A stretch of DNA of 64,000 bases from an uncultured Gemmatimonadales bacterium (GTDB lineage: Bacteria > Gemmatimonadota > Gemmatimonadetes > Gemmatimonadales > Gemmatimonadaceae): assembly GCA_963793305.1 (NCBI GenBank), contig CAWBZV010000004.1, forward strand, positions 64,001-128,000. Direction: 5' to 3'. A program made the position numbers and the translations under genes. Shown piece by piece: positions 8,873 to 19,083 of this stretch. The notes under the pieces are model-generated. The model made no database searches and was not told the DNA's origin. It saw only the letters and a list, made by a program, of their open reading frames with translations. Numbering within the stretch: the stretch's first letter is position 1; every line of letters begins with the position of its first letter.

Positions 8873-9529
8873 TTAGAGCGTCTTGAGCCGCTCAAGCAGC
8901 GGGGGAAGGTCCCGGATCCGGTCCAGATAGAAGCGTGGCGACGCGGGAAGGAGCGCCGACCGCGGAAACGGCCCCCACAGCGCCCCTACGGTGATTACAC
9001 CGGCGGCGTTTCCAGCATACATGTCGTGTGGCGAGTCGCCCACGAATACGGCGTCGGACGGGGGGACCTGCAACGCATCCAGTGCATATCTGACGGGCTC
9101 CGGATCTGGCTTGTGCCGATCCGTCGAGTCGAATCCCACGACGACGTCGAGATATCGATCGAGCCCGACGAACGTCAGGCTCCGGTTCGCGATGTCGCTG
9201 GCCTTCGAGGTGACGACCCCCGTCCGGTACCCGGCCCGACGCAGGTCCACCACCGTCTCGATCGCGTCCGCGTACGCCCGCGTCAGCTCGTCGTGGTGCG
9301 CGCGTTGATACTCACGGTACCCGTCGATCAGCGTCGCCAGATCCTGCTCGTCCGTCGCGTAGACTCGCATCTGCGTCGCCAGCGGTGTCCCGATTCCCGC
9401 AATCCATTCCTCTCGTGTCGGCACGCGCTCAGACCGGTCACGAAAGGCCCAGCGGACGCTGGCGAGCAACAATTCGATGGTGTCGAGTAGCGTGCCATCC
9501 AAGTCGAACAGAACAGCGCTCACGTTCAT
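8873..9529 (-). CDS. HAD-IA hydrolase (PpaX-like)
   Basis: FDLDGTLLD, VVTSK, HKPDPEP, VGDSPHD. Confidence 0.92.
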   Translation of the reverse strand: MNVSAVLFDLDGTLLDTIELLLASVRWAFRDRSERVPTREEWIAGIGTPLATQMRVYATDEQDLATLIDGYREYQRAHHDELTRAYADAIETVVDLRRAGYRTGVVTSKASDIANRSLTFVGLDRYLDVVVGFDSTDRHKPDPEPVRYALDALQVPPSDAVFVGDSPHDMYAGNAAGVITVGALWGPFPRSALLPASPRFYLDRIRDLPPLLERLKTL

Positions 9530-11608
9530 TGGTGGAACAGTAGCATGGCGAGAATCTCGACGCCTGGACCGCTCCCACGCGCCGGCCGCGGCGGTCGCTC
9601 GTGGTCGTCAGCAAATGCGGCGATCGCCTCGAGCCAGGCCTCGTCTCCCATGTCCGAGTCCGCCAACATCCCGAGTGCGGCCTCGGCTCCGACGCCCAAC
9701 GGCAACGTTGCCGCACGCCTCGCGCGAGCTGCCATATCGGCTAATACCGGGCGCCGATGTGCGTGGGCCTTGCTGACGATACCAGCAATCCGCCGGGCAA
9801 CTTGGCGCGAGCGCACATCACATATGTCCCGTGTTGCTCCGCGACGCTCGCCCCATGCCATGATCTTGCGTTCAGTTTGGGCTCGCACCGCATCATCGTT
9901 CGCTACGGGCTCGCCGTCGCCACACCCGGCCGCCAGGGCCAGAATGTCAGGGTCGTCCGTGATGCCAGAGCCGACGTCGGCGACCAGCATTACCTCGGCG
10001 TCTACTCGCACGGCGGCAAGAAAGCCGGTTCGCTCGGCGCGCACAGAGCCGATGCAGCCCAAGGGAACGCCAGCGGCCGCCCATCGTTCGAGTGTCGCCC
10101 GCATGCTGGTGGCTCTCGGTTGTGGCCAGAGCATGAGGCTCACGCCGACTGTCCGCGCTGCCTGCTGCAGCTTCTCCTGGAGCCGCCGCTCGACGCCGAG
10201 CATCACCTCGGCCGACGCCGGCGGCGCCAGCGCATAGACACTCACACACGGATGCGGGGACCCGATCCGCGCCGCGCGCCCCACCCGTTGCTCCATGCGC
10301 GCGGGCGTCCACGGCAGATCGAGGTGCACGACAACAGACGCGTCCTGCAGGTTGAGCCCTTCACTCAAGAGATCCGTCGCGATCAACAAGTCGATCTCAT
10401 GCGCCGCGGCCGGCGCCGGACAGCCCATGGCGATCGGGGCGAACCGGGCGATCGCCTCGGCGCGCCGCAATCGCCCGCCGGCGACGATGCCACCGCGACC
10501 GCCGAGCGCGCACGTCTTACGGTAGCCGTGATGCCGCGCGATGGCGTGCACGGTATCCTCGTAGGCCGAGAACGCGATCGTTTTGCGACCGGCCGCGATA
10601 TCTCCGAGCGCGGCGGCGCGGGCCAGATCGGGATTCGGTCGCGCGGCCATCTCGAGCCAGCAGTCGCCGCACGCCGTGTGCATGCGCCTCGACCGCCTCG
10701 CGTAGCTCGCGCGTTCCCGCCGGGCCAACGTTGGGGATGAGCAACTCGGGAAAAGCCAGTTGCACAGCGCCCTCGCCGAGACACCACGATCTGAGATCGT
10801 AATACGTGGGATGGCGATCACTCTTGAGGGCAGCAGCCATCGCGATCGCGCGGCTGAGCCGGCGTCTGAGTGCACCCTTGAGCGCACCGGCACTCGATGC
10901 CCATTGCCGCACCAGGCCATGGGCGACGAGCGCGCCGGCCGCATCGCCGTCGCGCGGCGGCACTGGCGCCGGCAGCGCGAGGATGTCGTGTAGCGTGGTT
11001 TCGTCATCCGCGGTGGCGATCCATTGAATCGGCAGCACGCGCGGCCGCGTCTCCGCGGAGTGCTCACGGCGGACGATGACGCGGCCGAGGGGTGGATTCG
11101 CGCGAAAGAGAGCGAGTAAGGCCGTGATATCGGCGCGCGCGTTGTGCACTGGCGTGGCCGAGAGCAGCAGGACTCTCGCGCTGGTCACCAACTCGGCGAG
11201 CGCGGCATATCGGCGCGTCGCCGGGTTGCGAAAATGATGCGCCTCGTCGACGACGATGAAATCGCTCCGTGCCGGAACCCGACCGTAGCTCATCGCCTCG
11301 ATCGAATGCAATCGCGCGGTCACCCCGCTCGCCGAAAGCGCGGAGCGCCACATGGGGAGGAGCGCCGAGGGCGCGACGACCAATGGTTGTTTCGCCTCAG
11401 CGATAAGCGCGACGGCGATGTACGTCTTCCCCAACCCGGTCTCGTCGGCGAGCAGCGCGCCGCCGTATTCGTCAATCGCCGCGCGCAGTCGCGCGACGCC
11501 CGCGGCCTGGTGCGGACGTAGCATGACGTTGCCGAGCGAGATGCTCTGTGCAGGGCCGCCAGAGTCGAGCCCGAGCCACGCCCGCGCGATGGCGGCGCGG
11601 GCGCTCAC
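9526..11608 (-). CDS. SNF2-like (SF2) helicase (frameshift near 10655)
   Basis: LADETGLGKT, VDEAHHFRN and LSATPVHN are in ORF 10517..11809. ATDLLSEGLNLQ and PWTPARMEQRVGRAARIG are in ORF 9526..11067. GTG 11608 overlaps the MTase stop. Confidence 0.85.
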
Positions 11609-14600
11609 CGCGTCGGCCCGAGGATCCATGCCGCGAGCGGTGCGACCGCCGCCGTACTGAGACCGTATACATCCACCGCCGCGTCCCACAACTCGCCCGA
11701 CGTGACGGACTCTCCTCGTTCCGCGAGACACGCGAGTCGCGTGCGCGCGCGGTGCCAGTCGCGTGGAATTGGCAGGAGCCCGACAGTCCAGCCGAGGTAC
11801 CGGTGCCATGAGCCGCGGGCGGGCTCAGCGATGGCGTTGAGCCACGCCGCGGCGAGCGGTCCGTTGAGCAGCGCCGCGAGCGCCAATGCGTCAGTGAGAT
11901 CGGGACAGCGCGCGAGATAGCAGCTATTGAGCGCAATACACGCACTGCCGGCGGACAGCACCGCGGCCCGCGGCGTGCGCCCGAGGTCGCCCCACACGAC
12001 GCGCGGCGTGCGCGCGATGGCGCCGTCGGTGCGAAAGACCGACCACCAGGCCGCGCGTCCCGCATCCGAGCGCGCGCCCAGCCGCCGGCGCCACGGCTCG
12101 AGCCACTCGGCCGCGTGATCGGGCAACTGCTCGACGCCATGCGTCCAGATAAGGCACTCGCGCCCAGGGGCGATTTTCTCGGGCACGACCCACGCGCCGA
12201 GCGTGTCGCCGCGAATGAGCGGTCGGAGGAGCGACGACTCGATGAGGCCGCGCCGGGCCCCACCGCGGTCATCCCGTCCGCGCACGATCGCGAATGGCTC
12301 CTCGATCTCCTCGGGGGTGACGACGAACGCGGCGTTGCATCCGGTCTTCACGCCGAGGGTCGGCGGGCCGAACCGGGAGTAGGCGAGGGGGATCCCGGTA
12401 CGAGAGACCGCATCGAACGCCGCCCGGACGGCCGGCGGCACGAGTACCCAGGGGCTGCCCGGCGTCGTGTCGAACGAGAGCGTGCCGGCTGGCGCCACCC
12501 AGCGGCGTTGGCTCCCCTGGCGCTGGTGGATCGCCAACCGCATCTGCGCCTGCGTGTGCCCTCTCCGCGCGACCAACAGCGCCGGATAGGCCGCGGCGTC
12601 GAATTCTGGCTCGGCGTTGGACCAGTCTTCGAGCGACAGCGGCGTGGTCTCGCGCAGGAGCATCTCGCGGACACCGCCGCCGGCGAGCGCGCGAAAGAGT
12701 TTGGCGGGGACGATGAGCGCGATGATTCCACCCTGGCGAGCGAGCGACAGGGCGCGCTCGACAAAGAGGGCCGAGAGATCGACCTGTGCCGCGAACCCTC
12801 GACCGGCGCGCGCCAGGCGAGCTCCGCTCAGCCATGGCGCGTCTCGGAATGTGCGAAATCGGCTCCGCAGCCGTTCGCGCATTGCCACTGGGATGTTGTG
12901 CAGCCGTACCCACGGCGGGTTGCCGATGACGGCATCGAATGCGCCGACGTGCGCGAATTGGACCGCGTAGGAGAACGGCAGGGCGCCGCCCTGTTCGAGC
13001 GTGCGAATCTCTTGGCGCCGTTCCCTCGACTCTTTTCTCAGCGCGTGGAGCTGTCGCTTTGCCTCCAAGCGGCCGCCGAAGAGGTCGCGCCCTCGGCAGG
13101 CCGCTATGAGATCGATGCGCTGCAGGCGTATCCCGTCCAGCGCTCGCTTCGCTCGCGCAATGGCCAACGAGCGCTCGGTGCGGTCGAGCACTCTCTGCAG
13201 CGCGCGTTTTCGAGCACCGGTTGCCTTGTTGTAGCCGCGCGGAAGGCGGATAGACGCCGGCTCGCAGAAAGCGCTATCGCCGAGCGAGTCCCCAACGCGC
13301 ACGTTTCGATCGAGATTCGGCAGGGCGTCGCTTTCGTCGCTCTCGACGACGACTGACAGCCAGAGGCGCAGCTCGCACAACCAGACCGCGATCGGGTTGA
13401 TGTCGACGCCGTAGATCGACCGCGTGAGGATGCCACGCCGACGCTCAGCGATGGGCCGGGGGTCGCCGAGCCGCCCCGCCAGATCCGCTAGCATCTCCAG
13501 CATGTGCACCAGGAACGCACCCGACCCGCACGCGGGGTCCAAGATGCGTAGGGCCTCCAAGCGAGCGCGTAGAATCGGCGAGAGCGCAGGATCGACCGAT
13601 CCGCCGGTGACGAGCGCGAGCGCCTCCGTTGGTGACAGCTCCGGCCCCGAGAGCAGGTGCGCCAGGGTGGAGGCGGTCGTGGTCTCGACAAGCGAACGCG
13701 GCGTATAGAAGCACCCGGTCGCGCGTCGCTCGGCGCGCGCCATGAGCGACTCGAACGTGGTACCGAGCATCGCAGGATCGACCGCTGACTCCGACCAGTC
13801 CGCGCTGTCCTCGCGAGCCCGGAAGCGGTAGTGCGGAAGCAGCTCGTCGAACAGCACGCCGAGCGCCGCATCGCTGAACCGCACATGCCGCCCGCGCCGC
13901 TCGGCCGGCGTGGGCGTGAACAAGCCGCCGTTCAGAAACGGTACGCGCCCGAATGCCACTGCCCGCGGCGCCCGGCGACCCGGTGGCGTATTGAGGGTGC
14001 CAAAGAAGAGGGGCCGCAGCACGCGCTCATGGACGCCGCCGGCGCCGGCTACGCAGGTGCTGAACGTGCGCGCGAGGAATGCCCGGTCGCCATCGAGCCA
14101 CCCCTTGGACTCGAGAAACGCGAGAAACAGGAGGCGGCAGGTGTAGACCAGCGCGATCTCGCGTTCGACCAATGTCGCGCCGAGGGTCGCGACGGCGCGC
14201 TCGATACCGCGATAGAAGCGGGAGCCCAAGGCCTCACGACCGAGGATGTCGACCCATCGCGCGTGGACGAGGGTCCCGTCGCCGCCCGGCGCGAGGGTGG
14301 CCGCGGCTTCCAGCATCCGGAACGTATCGGCGTCGCTATCCAGGACGCGCGTGCGGTCGATGACGAGCGCCGCGGTCCGCGGCGGTACCCGGTCGGCGGA
14401 CCAAGCAGCGAGCGCGAGATGTTTCGCGGGCGAGATGACACCGAGCAGCCATAGTAGGTGGGGCGCACGCCGCGCGAGCCGTTCGGCGACGGTCGAGACA
14501 ACGTCACGGATCGGTAAGCCGCTCGGCGAAACCGTTACCACTAGGGCCCGAAGTGCTCCGGGGCCCCGAGCGATGGCGACGGTTAGCGGGAGATTGCTCA

Positions 14601-14733
14601 ACCCCAGGGTAGCCTGATCGGCGGGGTCTATGGCCCTCGCCTCGGCGAAGCCAAGAGCGGTCAGGACGGGTGAGAATGTCTCAGCGTCCGTGACGTTGAG
14701 TAAGAGACCGGCAGCAGATCGGAGCGAGCGCAC
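11605..14733 (-). CDS. Large N6-adenine DNA methyltransferase (Eco57I / type IIG-like, gamma class)
   Basis: VPFLNGGLF, TGCFYTP, ILDPACGSGAFL (motif I), IYGVDIN, VIGNPPW (motif IV), and a TRD-like C-terminus with LAALLNG. Confidence 0.88.
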   Translation of the reverse strand: MRSLRSAAGLLLNVTDAETFSPVLTALGFAEARAIDPADQATLGLSNLPLTVAIARGPGALRALVVTVSPSGLPIRDVVSTVAERLARRAPHLLWLLGVISPAKHLALAAWSADRVPPRTAALVIDRTRVLDSDADTFRMLEAAATLAPGGDGTLVHARWVDILGREALGSRFYRGIERAVATLGATLVEREIALVYTCRLLFLAFLESKGWLDGDRAFLARTFSTCVAGAGGVHERVLRPLFFGTLNTPPGRRAPRAVAFGRVPFLNGGLFTPTPAERRGRHVRFSDAALGVLFDELLPHYRFRAREDSADWSESAVDPAMLGTTFESLMARAERRATGCFYTPRSLVETTTASTLAHLLSGPELSPTEALALVTGGSVDPALSPILRARLEALRILDPACGSGAFLVHMLEMLADLAGRLGDPRPIAERRRGILTRSIYGVDINPIAVWLCELRLWLSVVVESDESDALPNLDRNVRVGDSLGDSAFCEPASIRLPRGYNKATGARKRALQRVLDRTERSLAIARAKRALDGIRLQRIDLIAACRGRDLFGGRLEAKRQLHALRKESRERRQEIRTLEQGGALPFSYAVQFAHVGAFDAVIGNPPWVRLHNIPVAMRERLRSRFRTFRDAPWLSGARLARAGRGFAAQVDLSALFVERALSLARQGGIIALIVPAKLFRALAGGGVREMLLRETTPLSLEDWSNAEPEFDAAAYPALLVARRGHTQAQMRLAIHQRQGSQRRWVAPAGTLSFDTTPGSPWVLVPPAVRAAFDAVSRTGIPLAYSRFGPPTLGVKTGCNAAFVVTPEEIEEPFAIVRGRDDRGGARRGLIESSLLRPLIRGDTLGAWVVPEKIAPGRECLIWTHGVEQLPDHAAEWLEPWRRRLGARSDAGRAAWWSVFRTDGAIARTPRVVWGDLGRTPRAAVLSAGSACIALNSCYLARCPDLTDALALAALLNGPLAAAWLNAIAEPARGSWHRYLGWTVGLLPIPRDWHRARTRLACLAERGESVTSGELWDAAVDVYGLSTAAVAPLAAWILGPTR

Positions 14734-14966
14734 GCGAGCACGATGACGTGTTCCGCGCCGGAAACCCGCATCGCTATATCGTGGACCGCATCGTTGACCA
14801 CCACACGGACAGTGTTGAACACACCTGGTTGGTGAGCCATGGTGGCTATCGTCTTTTCCGGATGCCGGTCACCTCTTTTTCCTCGTGGCGTTTCCACTGG
14901 ACAAATCGTCCGGTCACTGTCGCGATGCGCATCGTTGAACCCTTCCAAACTCCGGAGATCGTCCGA

Positions 14967-15914
14967 ATGCATCGTCCGTTCGCAGCCGTTGCGGTGCTCA
15001 GCACCGCGGCCGCCGTGCTCGCCTTAGCGGGTTGCGGCAGCAGCAGCACTTCTCCCTCGCAGACCAACTTCAAGTCGCTCCCCGCCGCCGAACAGACGGC
15101 GTTCGAGCAGTCCGCGGTACAGGAGGTGGAGGCGTCCGTCCTGTCATTTACCAGCACGGATCCCACGTCGTTGTTCTTGTTCAACAAGGTCGCTTCGAAG
15201 CGCTTTACCGGCGGATTGCGGATGGCCGGCAGCAAAACGACCCCGCGCTTCCAAAACACGACCTCGTGTTCCAGTGAGAGTGGCAACTCGAATGACGAGG
15301 ATCAGGACGGCGTCGTCGATGCCGACAGCGTCACGTTTGCCTGCACGGATACGGCGAGTGGCGAGACGATCACGGAGAACGGGTTCTTTTCGTGGGGCGA
15401 CCCCACTCCGACGACGGCGGATCTGGAGATCAACGACGCCGCCAACCTGCAACTCGCGTTGACGGGCTCGACCGACGGCAACATCAGTCTGAGCCTGGTC
15501 GGCAATGCCGCCATCACCCAAACATCGAGCACGCTCAATCTGGCGGGCAACTGGGCGATCGATGAAGCGCTGGCCAACAATCCGCAGAACGAGAACGGCA
15601 CGTTCAAGCTGAGCGCGAACGAGAATGCGACATTTACGTGGACCGGCTCGACGCCGACCTACTTTGGGACGCTGACGGCGGGCACGATCAACCTGTCGGG
15701 TAACTGGTCGTACGACATCAATACGACGCAAACCACCGTCAACCTGGCCTTCTCGGTCTCGACGCCGACCGTCTTGACGATCGATGAGCAGAATTGCACG
15801 ACGAACTCGAGCGGAATCGTGTCGGGCGAACTCGACATCAAGTTCGCTGACGGCACCCTCGTGAAAGCGGTATGGAACGGTTGCCCGGCGCAGCCGTCGT
15901 ACACGGTGACTTGA
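14967..15914 (+). CDS. Hypothetical Ser/Thr/Asn-rich beta-strand lipoprotein
   Basis: GGAG RBS, ATG 14967, LAGC lipobox, DEDQDGVVD Ca-loop-like segment, two Cys pairs, followed by a terminator. Confidence 0.75.
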   Translation: MHRPFAAVAVLSTAAAVLALAGCGSSSTSPSQTNFKSLPAAEQTAFEQSAVQEVEASVLSFTSTDPTSLFLFNKVASKRFTGGLRMAGSKTTPRFQNTTSCSSESGNSNDEDQDGVVDADSVTFACTDTASGETITENGFFSWGDPTPTTADLEINDAANLQLALTGSTDGNISLSLVGNAAITQTSSTLNLAGNWAIDEALANNPQNENGTFKLSANENATFTWTGSTPTYFGTLTAGTINLSGNWSYDINTTQTTVNLAFSVSTPTVLTIDEQNCTTNSSGIVSGELDIKFADGTLVKAVWNGCPAQPSYTVT

Positions 15915-15942
15915 TCACGATCGTCTCGCTGGCGTAGCACAC

Positions 15943-15983
15943 GAGGGGAGGCCCGGTTCGCCGGGCTTCCCCTCTTAGTTTTT
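15943..15983 (+). terminator. Intrinsic terminator
   Basis: 14-bp stem GAGGGGAGGCCCGG / CCGGGCTTCCCCTC, TTCG loop, T-rich tail. Confidence 0.8.
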
Positions 15984-15990
15984 CTCCGAT

Positions 15991-16653
15991 ATGGAAGAAC
16001 CGACCACGCTTTTCCGGCCCGTGGGCCGCGCCGAGCTGGCGCTCATTGCTGCCGCCGACTACTCGGCGTTCCCGCCGCGACTGCCCGAGCAGCCATTCTT
16101 CTATCCGGTCTTAACCGAACAGTACGCCCATGCGATCGCCTCGCAGTGGAACACGCGTGACGAACGCTCGGGCTTTGTCGGCTACGTCACTCGATTCAGC
16201 GTTCAGGCCGCATTTCTACGCGCGTATCCTGTTCGCGAGGTAGGCGGCTCGCGGCACCGGGAGTATTGGATTCCCGCCGAGGAGCTCGAGCAGTTCAATC
16301 GGGCGATCGTCGGGAAGATCGAGATCATCGCCAAGTATCACATCATGGAACGCCTCGGGCCCACCGAAACAGAATTGCTCGAAACCCGCCTCATGGTCGA
16401 CGGGGAGATCCTCCGCGGTCCGGTGGCCCTGCGCATCGACCACCTCATCGCGCACGATCTCGTTGAGATCGGGCCAGCAGACGGCGGCTGGTCGACCCTG
16501 TATCGGGATCCGGCGGATGAGCGATACTGGGAGCTGACGCATCCGATGAGCGACATGCACGGCGGTGGACCGAGGAGTCTCACGCTGGTCAGTGACGCGG
16601 TCGCTGCCCAGAAGTACGGCGCTCGGACACGTCGCGATAATAAAAGCTCGTAG
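15991..16653 (+). CDS. Fusion of a conserved small domain (often labelled ADP-ribosylation/crystallin J1-associated) and an Imm27-like immunity domain
   Basis: N-terminal LFRPVGRAEL..FPPRLPEQPFFYPV..HREYWIPAEELEQFNRAIVG. C-terminal GWSTLYRDPADERYWELTHPMSDMHGGGP. Confidence 0.7.
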   Translation: MEEPTTLFRPVGRAELALIAAADYSAFPPRLPEQPFFYPVLTEQYAHAIASQWNTRDERSGFVGYVTRFSVQAAFLRAYPVREVGGSRHREYWIPAEELEQFNRAIVGKIEIIAKYHIMERLGPTETELLETRLMVDGEILRGPVALRIDHLIAHDLVEIGPADGGWSTLYRDPADERYWELTHPMSDMHGGGPRSLTLVSDAVAAQKYGARTRRDNKSS

Positions 16654-17134
16654 CGCAGAGCCCTCCACCCGGCCACAAGGCGTAGTCAGGGATCACCCCG
16701 ACCAGCCGCCAACCCATTCGCACATACAGCCGCTCAGCGTCCCCACTCGCGGTGTCGAGCACGAGCAGCGTCTTGCCGCACTCGCGCGCGACGTGCTCGG
16801 CCTCGCGCATGAGCGCTTCGCCAGTGCCGAGGCGACGGACGCGGCGGTGCACGAGGAGTTTCGAGATGTCGGCGCGGTGAGGCTGGTTCTCGGGTTGCGC
16901 GAACACGAGTTGCACGGTGCCTACGATGCCGGTGCTGTCCTCGGCGATGAGAAGGGCGCGGGCGCCGTTGGCGACCTCGCGAGCGACGTGGCGCCAGAAA
17001 GTCGCTGCCTTCTCGAGCGACAACGGGAGCATGAAGCTCACCGATGCGCCGCCTTCAACGCAGTCGATCAGGACGAGCGCGAGCTCGTGGACCTGGGCAT
17101 CGGTGACCGTCAGTACGCGACGGACCGTGATCAT
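16589..17134 (-). CDS. GNAT acetyltransferase (tabtoxin-resistance TTR-like)
   Basis: DCVEGGASVSFM, ENQPHRADISKLLVH, LLVLDTA, GVIPDYAL. ATG 17134 is coupled to the XRE gene stop. Confidence 0.88.
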   Translation of the reverse strand: MITVRRVLTVTDAQVHELALVLIDCVEGGASVSFMLPLSLEKAATFWRHVAREVANGARALLIAEDSTGIVGTVQLVFAQPENQPHRADISKLLVHRRVRRLGTGEALMREAEHVARECGKTLLVLDTASGDAERLYVRMGWRLVGVIPDYALWPGGGLCATSFYYRDVSERRTSGQRPRH

Positions 17135-17679
17135 TGCGCGACGACCACGGCGTAGCGGGCCGGCGTACTCAATGGATTCGAGAACGCGATCGGGCGATCG
17201 AGGACGAATGCGACGCAGTCGCCGGCGGTGAGGGCGTAGCATTCGGGGCCGACGCGGATTTCGATCGAGCCCTCGAGGACCCAGACTTGTTGGTGAGCGC
17301 GGGTGCCGCTGTCGAATGCGACGCGAGCGCCCGCGGGGAACTCGACGTCGACGATCTGGAATGGCGACGAGACGCCGCTCGGGCTGACGTTGCGTCGGAC
17401 GTAGCCCGAGGCTGGATCGCGCCATTGGAGTTGGTCGCCGCGGCGCGAAATTGGCTGCGGTCGCGGCGGCGCTTCATCGAAGAGGCTCGCCAGTGGAACG
17501 TCGAGGCCCGTCGCGAGACGCTCAAGTAACACTGCGGTTGGTGTGCTCTCGGCACGTTCGATGAGCGAGATCATCGAGCGGCTCACACCGCTTCGCTCGG
17601 CGAGACTTTCGAGAGTCAGGCCGCGAGATACTCGGAGATCGCGGACGCGCGTAGCGAGTCGCTCGGTGATGTCTGACAT
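17131..17679 (-). CDS. XRE-family HTH regulator with cupin domain
   Basis: LTLESLAERSGVSRSMISLIERAESTPT, then a cupin segment HQQVWVLEG. Confidence 0.92.
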   Translation of the reverse strand: MSDITERLATRVRDLRVSRGLTLESLAERSGVSRSMISLIERAESTPTAVLLERLATGLDVPLASLFDEAPPRPQPISRRGDQLQWRDPASGYVRRNVSPSGVSSPFQIVDVEFPAGARVAFDSGTRAHQQVWVLEGSIEIRVGPECYALTAGDCVAFVLDRPIAFSNPLSTPARYAVVVAQ

Positions 17680-17732
17680 ATTGGAATGTATTCTAACATA
17701 CCGGACGTAGCAGGGAGATTAGATTGCACGAC

Positions 17733-18083
17733 ATGCCGATTCGTTCCGGAAGCGACCTCATCAGTGACGCGAAGACTCGCATCACGGAAGTCGGGATGGC
17801 AGAGGCGACTGCCGCCCCGAATGTCGTGTTTCTCGACGTGCGCGAGCCGAACGAGTGGAATCTGGGTCGCATTCCCGGCGCCAAATTCATACCTCGCGGC
17901 ACACTCGAGACGACCGTCGAAAAACAGATCCCGCGCGATGCGAACGTTGTGGTCTATTGCGCGAGCGGCAATCGATCGGCACTCGCGGCCGACACGATGC
18001 GCTTGATGGGATATGAGCACGTCTCGTCACTCCGCGGCGGATTCCGTGCGTGGGTCGATGCTGGAGGCGAGGTCGAGGGGTGA
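17733..18083 (+). CDS. Rhodanese-like protein
   Basis: LDVREPNEW..RIPGA, VYCASGNRS, SLRGGFRAW. Confidence 0.92.
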   Translation: MPIRSGSDLISDAKTRITEVGMAEATAAPNVVFLDVREPNEWNLGRIPGAKFIPRGTLETTVEKQIPRDANVVVYCASGNRSALAADTMRLMGYEHVSSLRGGFRAWVDAGGEVEG

Positions 18084-18586
18084 CAGTACCGCGGGCCGCG
18101 GTGGCCCTCGTATTACGAGAGGGGCTGGATGGCCTAGAGCTGCTCTTGATCAAGCGGGCTGAGGTCGACGGGGACCCCTGGAGCGGTCACGTCGCGCTCC
18201 CCGGTGGACGCGAGGAGGCCGAGGACGCATCGTTGGAGGACACGGCGGTGCGCGAGACGTTCGAGGAGACGGGGATCGATCTCCGACGGTATGGTCGCAT
18301 CGTGTGGGAGCTGGACGAGCTCCAACCCCGCGGCGGCGCGCCGATCGTCGTGCAGCCGTACGTCGCGACCGTGGGCGCCGATCTTCCGCCGCTCGCGCTC
18401 TCTGACGAGGTGTCGGCGGCGTTCTGGGTGCCTCTCTCGACGTTCACGGCGGCCGGGGCCAGCGTCGAGTCCACGGTCGTGGTTCGGGGGGTCGAGCGGC
18501 AAGTCCCCAGTTTCCGGCATGGGGAATACGTGGTTTGGGGAATGACGGAGCGCATCTTGCGACAGCTGATCGAGCTGGTCGGCTGA
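18080..18586 (+). CDS. Nudix hydrolase, CoA pyrophosphatase-like
   Basis: WSGHVALPGG..EDTAVRETFEETG Nudix box and VWGMT. GTG overlaps the upstream stop. Confidence 0.9.
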   Translation: MTVPRAAVALVLREGLDGLELLLIKRAEVDGDPWSGHVALPGGREEAEDASLEDTAVRETFEETGIDLRRYGRIVWELDELQPRGGAPIVVQPYVATVGADLPPLALSDEVSAAFWVPLSTFTAAGASVESTVVVRGVERQVPSFRHGEYVVWGMTERILRQLIELVG

Positions 18587-18602
18587 GGGGGGGGAGGTCA
18601 CA

Positions 18603-19079
18603 GTGTACGATCGCATTCTCGTGCCGTTAGAGCACTCAGCGGCCGACGCGAGCATTCTCGCCCACGTGCGTCCGCTCGCGCGCATGTGCAGTGCATCGCT
18701 CGTGCTGATTCACGTCGCGGATGGCTGGGCCGCCCGCAACATCCGGCATCTGCACCTCCGCGAGTCCGAGGAAATGAAAAGCGACCGCGCCTACATCGAG
18801 CGCATGGCGGCCGATCTCGAGGCCGAAGGGTTCGAAGCAGACGCGATTCTCGCCACCGGCGACCCCGCCGAGGAGATCGCGGACGCGGCGGAGCGCGAGC
18901 AGTGCTCGCTCATCGCGATGTCGACGCACGGGCACAAGTTTCTGTCGGACCTCCTGCGCGGGAGCGTCGCGAACGAAGTGCGGCATCGGTCCATGGTTCC
19001 CGTGCTGCTCGTACGCGCGGGGTGGCAAGATCCTTCGGCGTCCGTGGCCGAGGCCTCCATGGCTCGCTCGCATAGCTGA
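18603..19079 (+). CDS. Universal stress protein
   Basis: YDRILVPL, GDPAEEI, IAMSTHGH..GSVANEVRH..PVLLVR. Confidence 0.92.
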   Translation: MYDRILVPLEHSAADASILAHVRPLARMCSASLVLIHVADGWAARNIRHLHLRESEEMKSDRAYIERMAADLEAEGFEADAILATGDPAEEIADAAEREQCSLIAMSTHGHKFLSDLLRGSVANEVRHRSMVPVLLVRAGWQDPSASVAEASMARSHS

Positions 19080-19083
19080 CGGC

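Noticed and set aside
9526..14733. Complete DISARM or BREX system
   Set aside because: No DrmA/B/C, PglZ, BrxC or PLD genes are seen.
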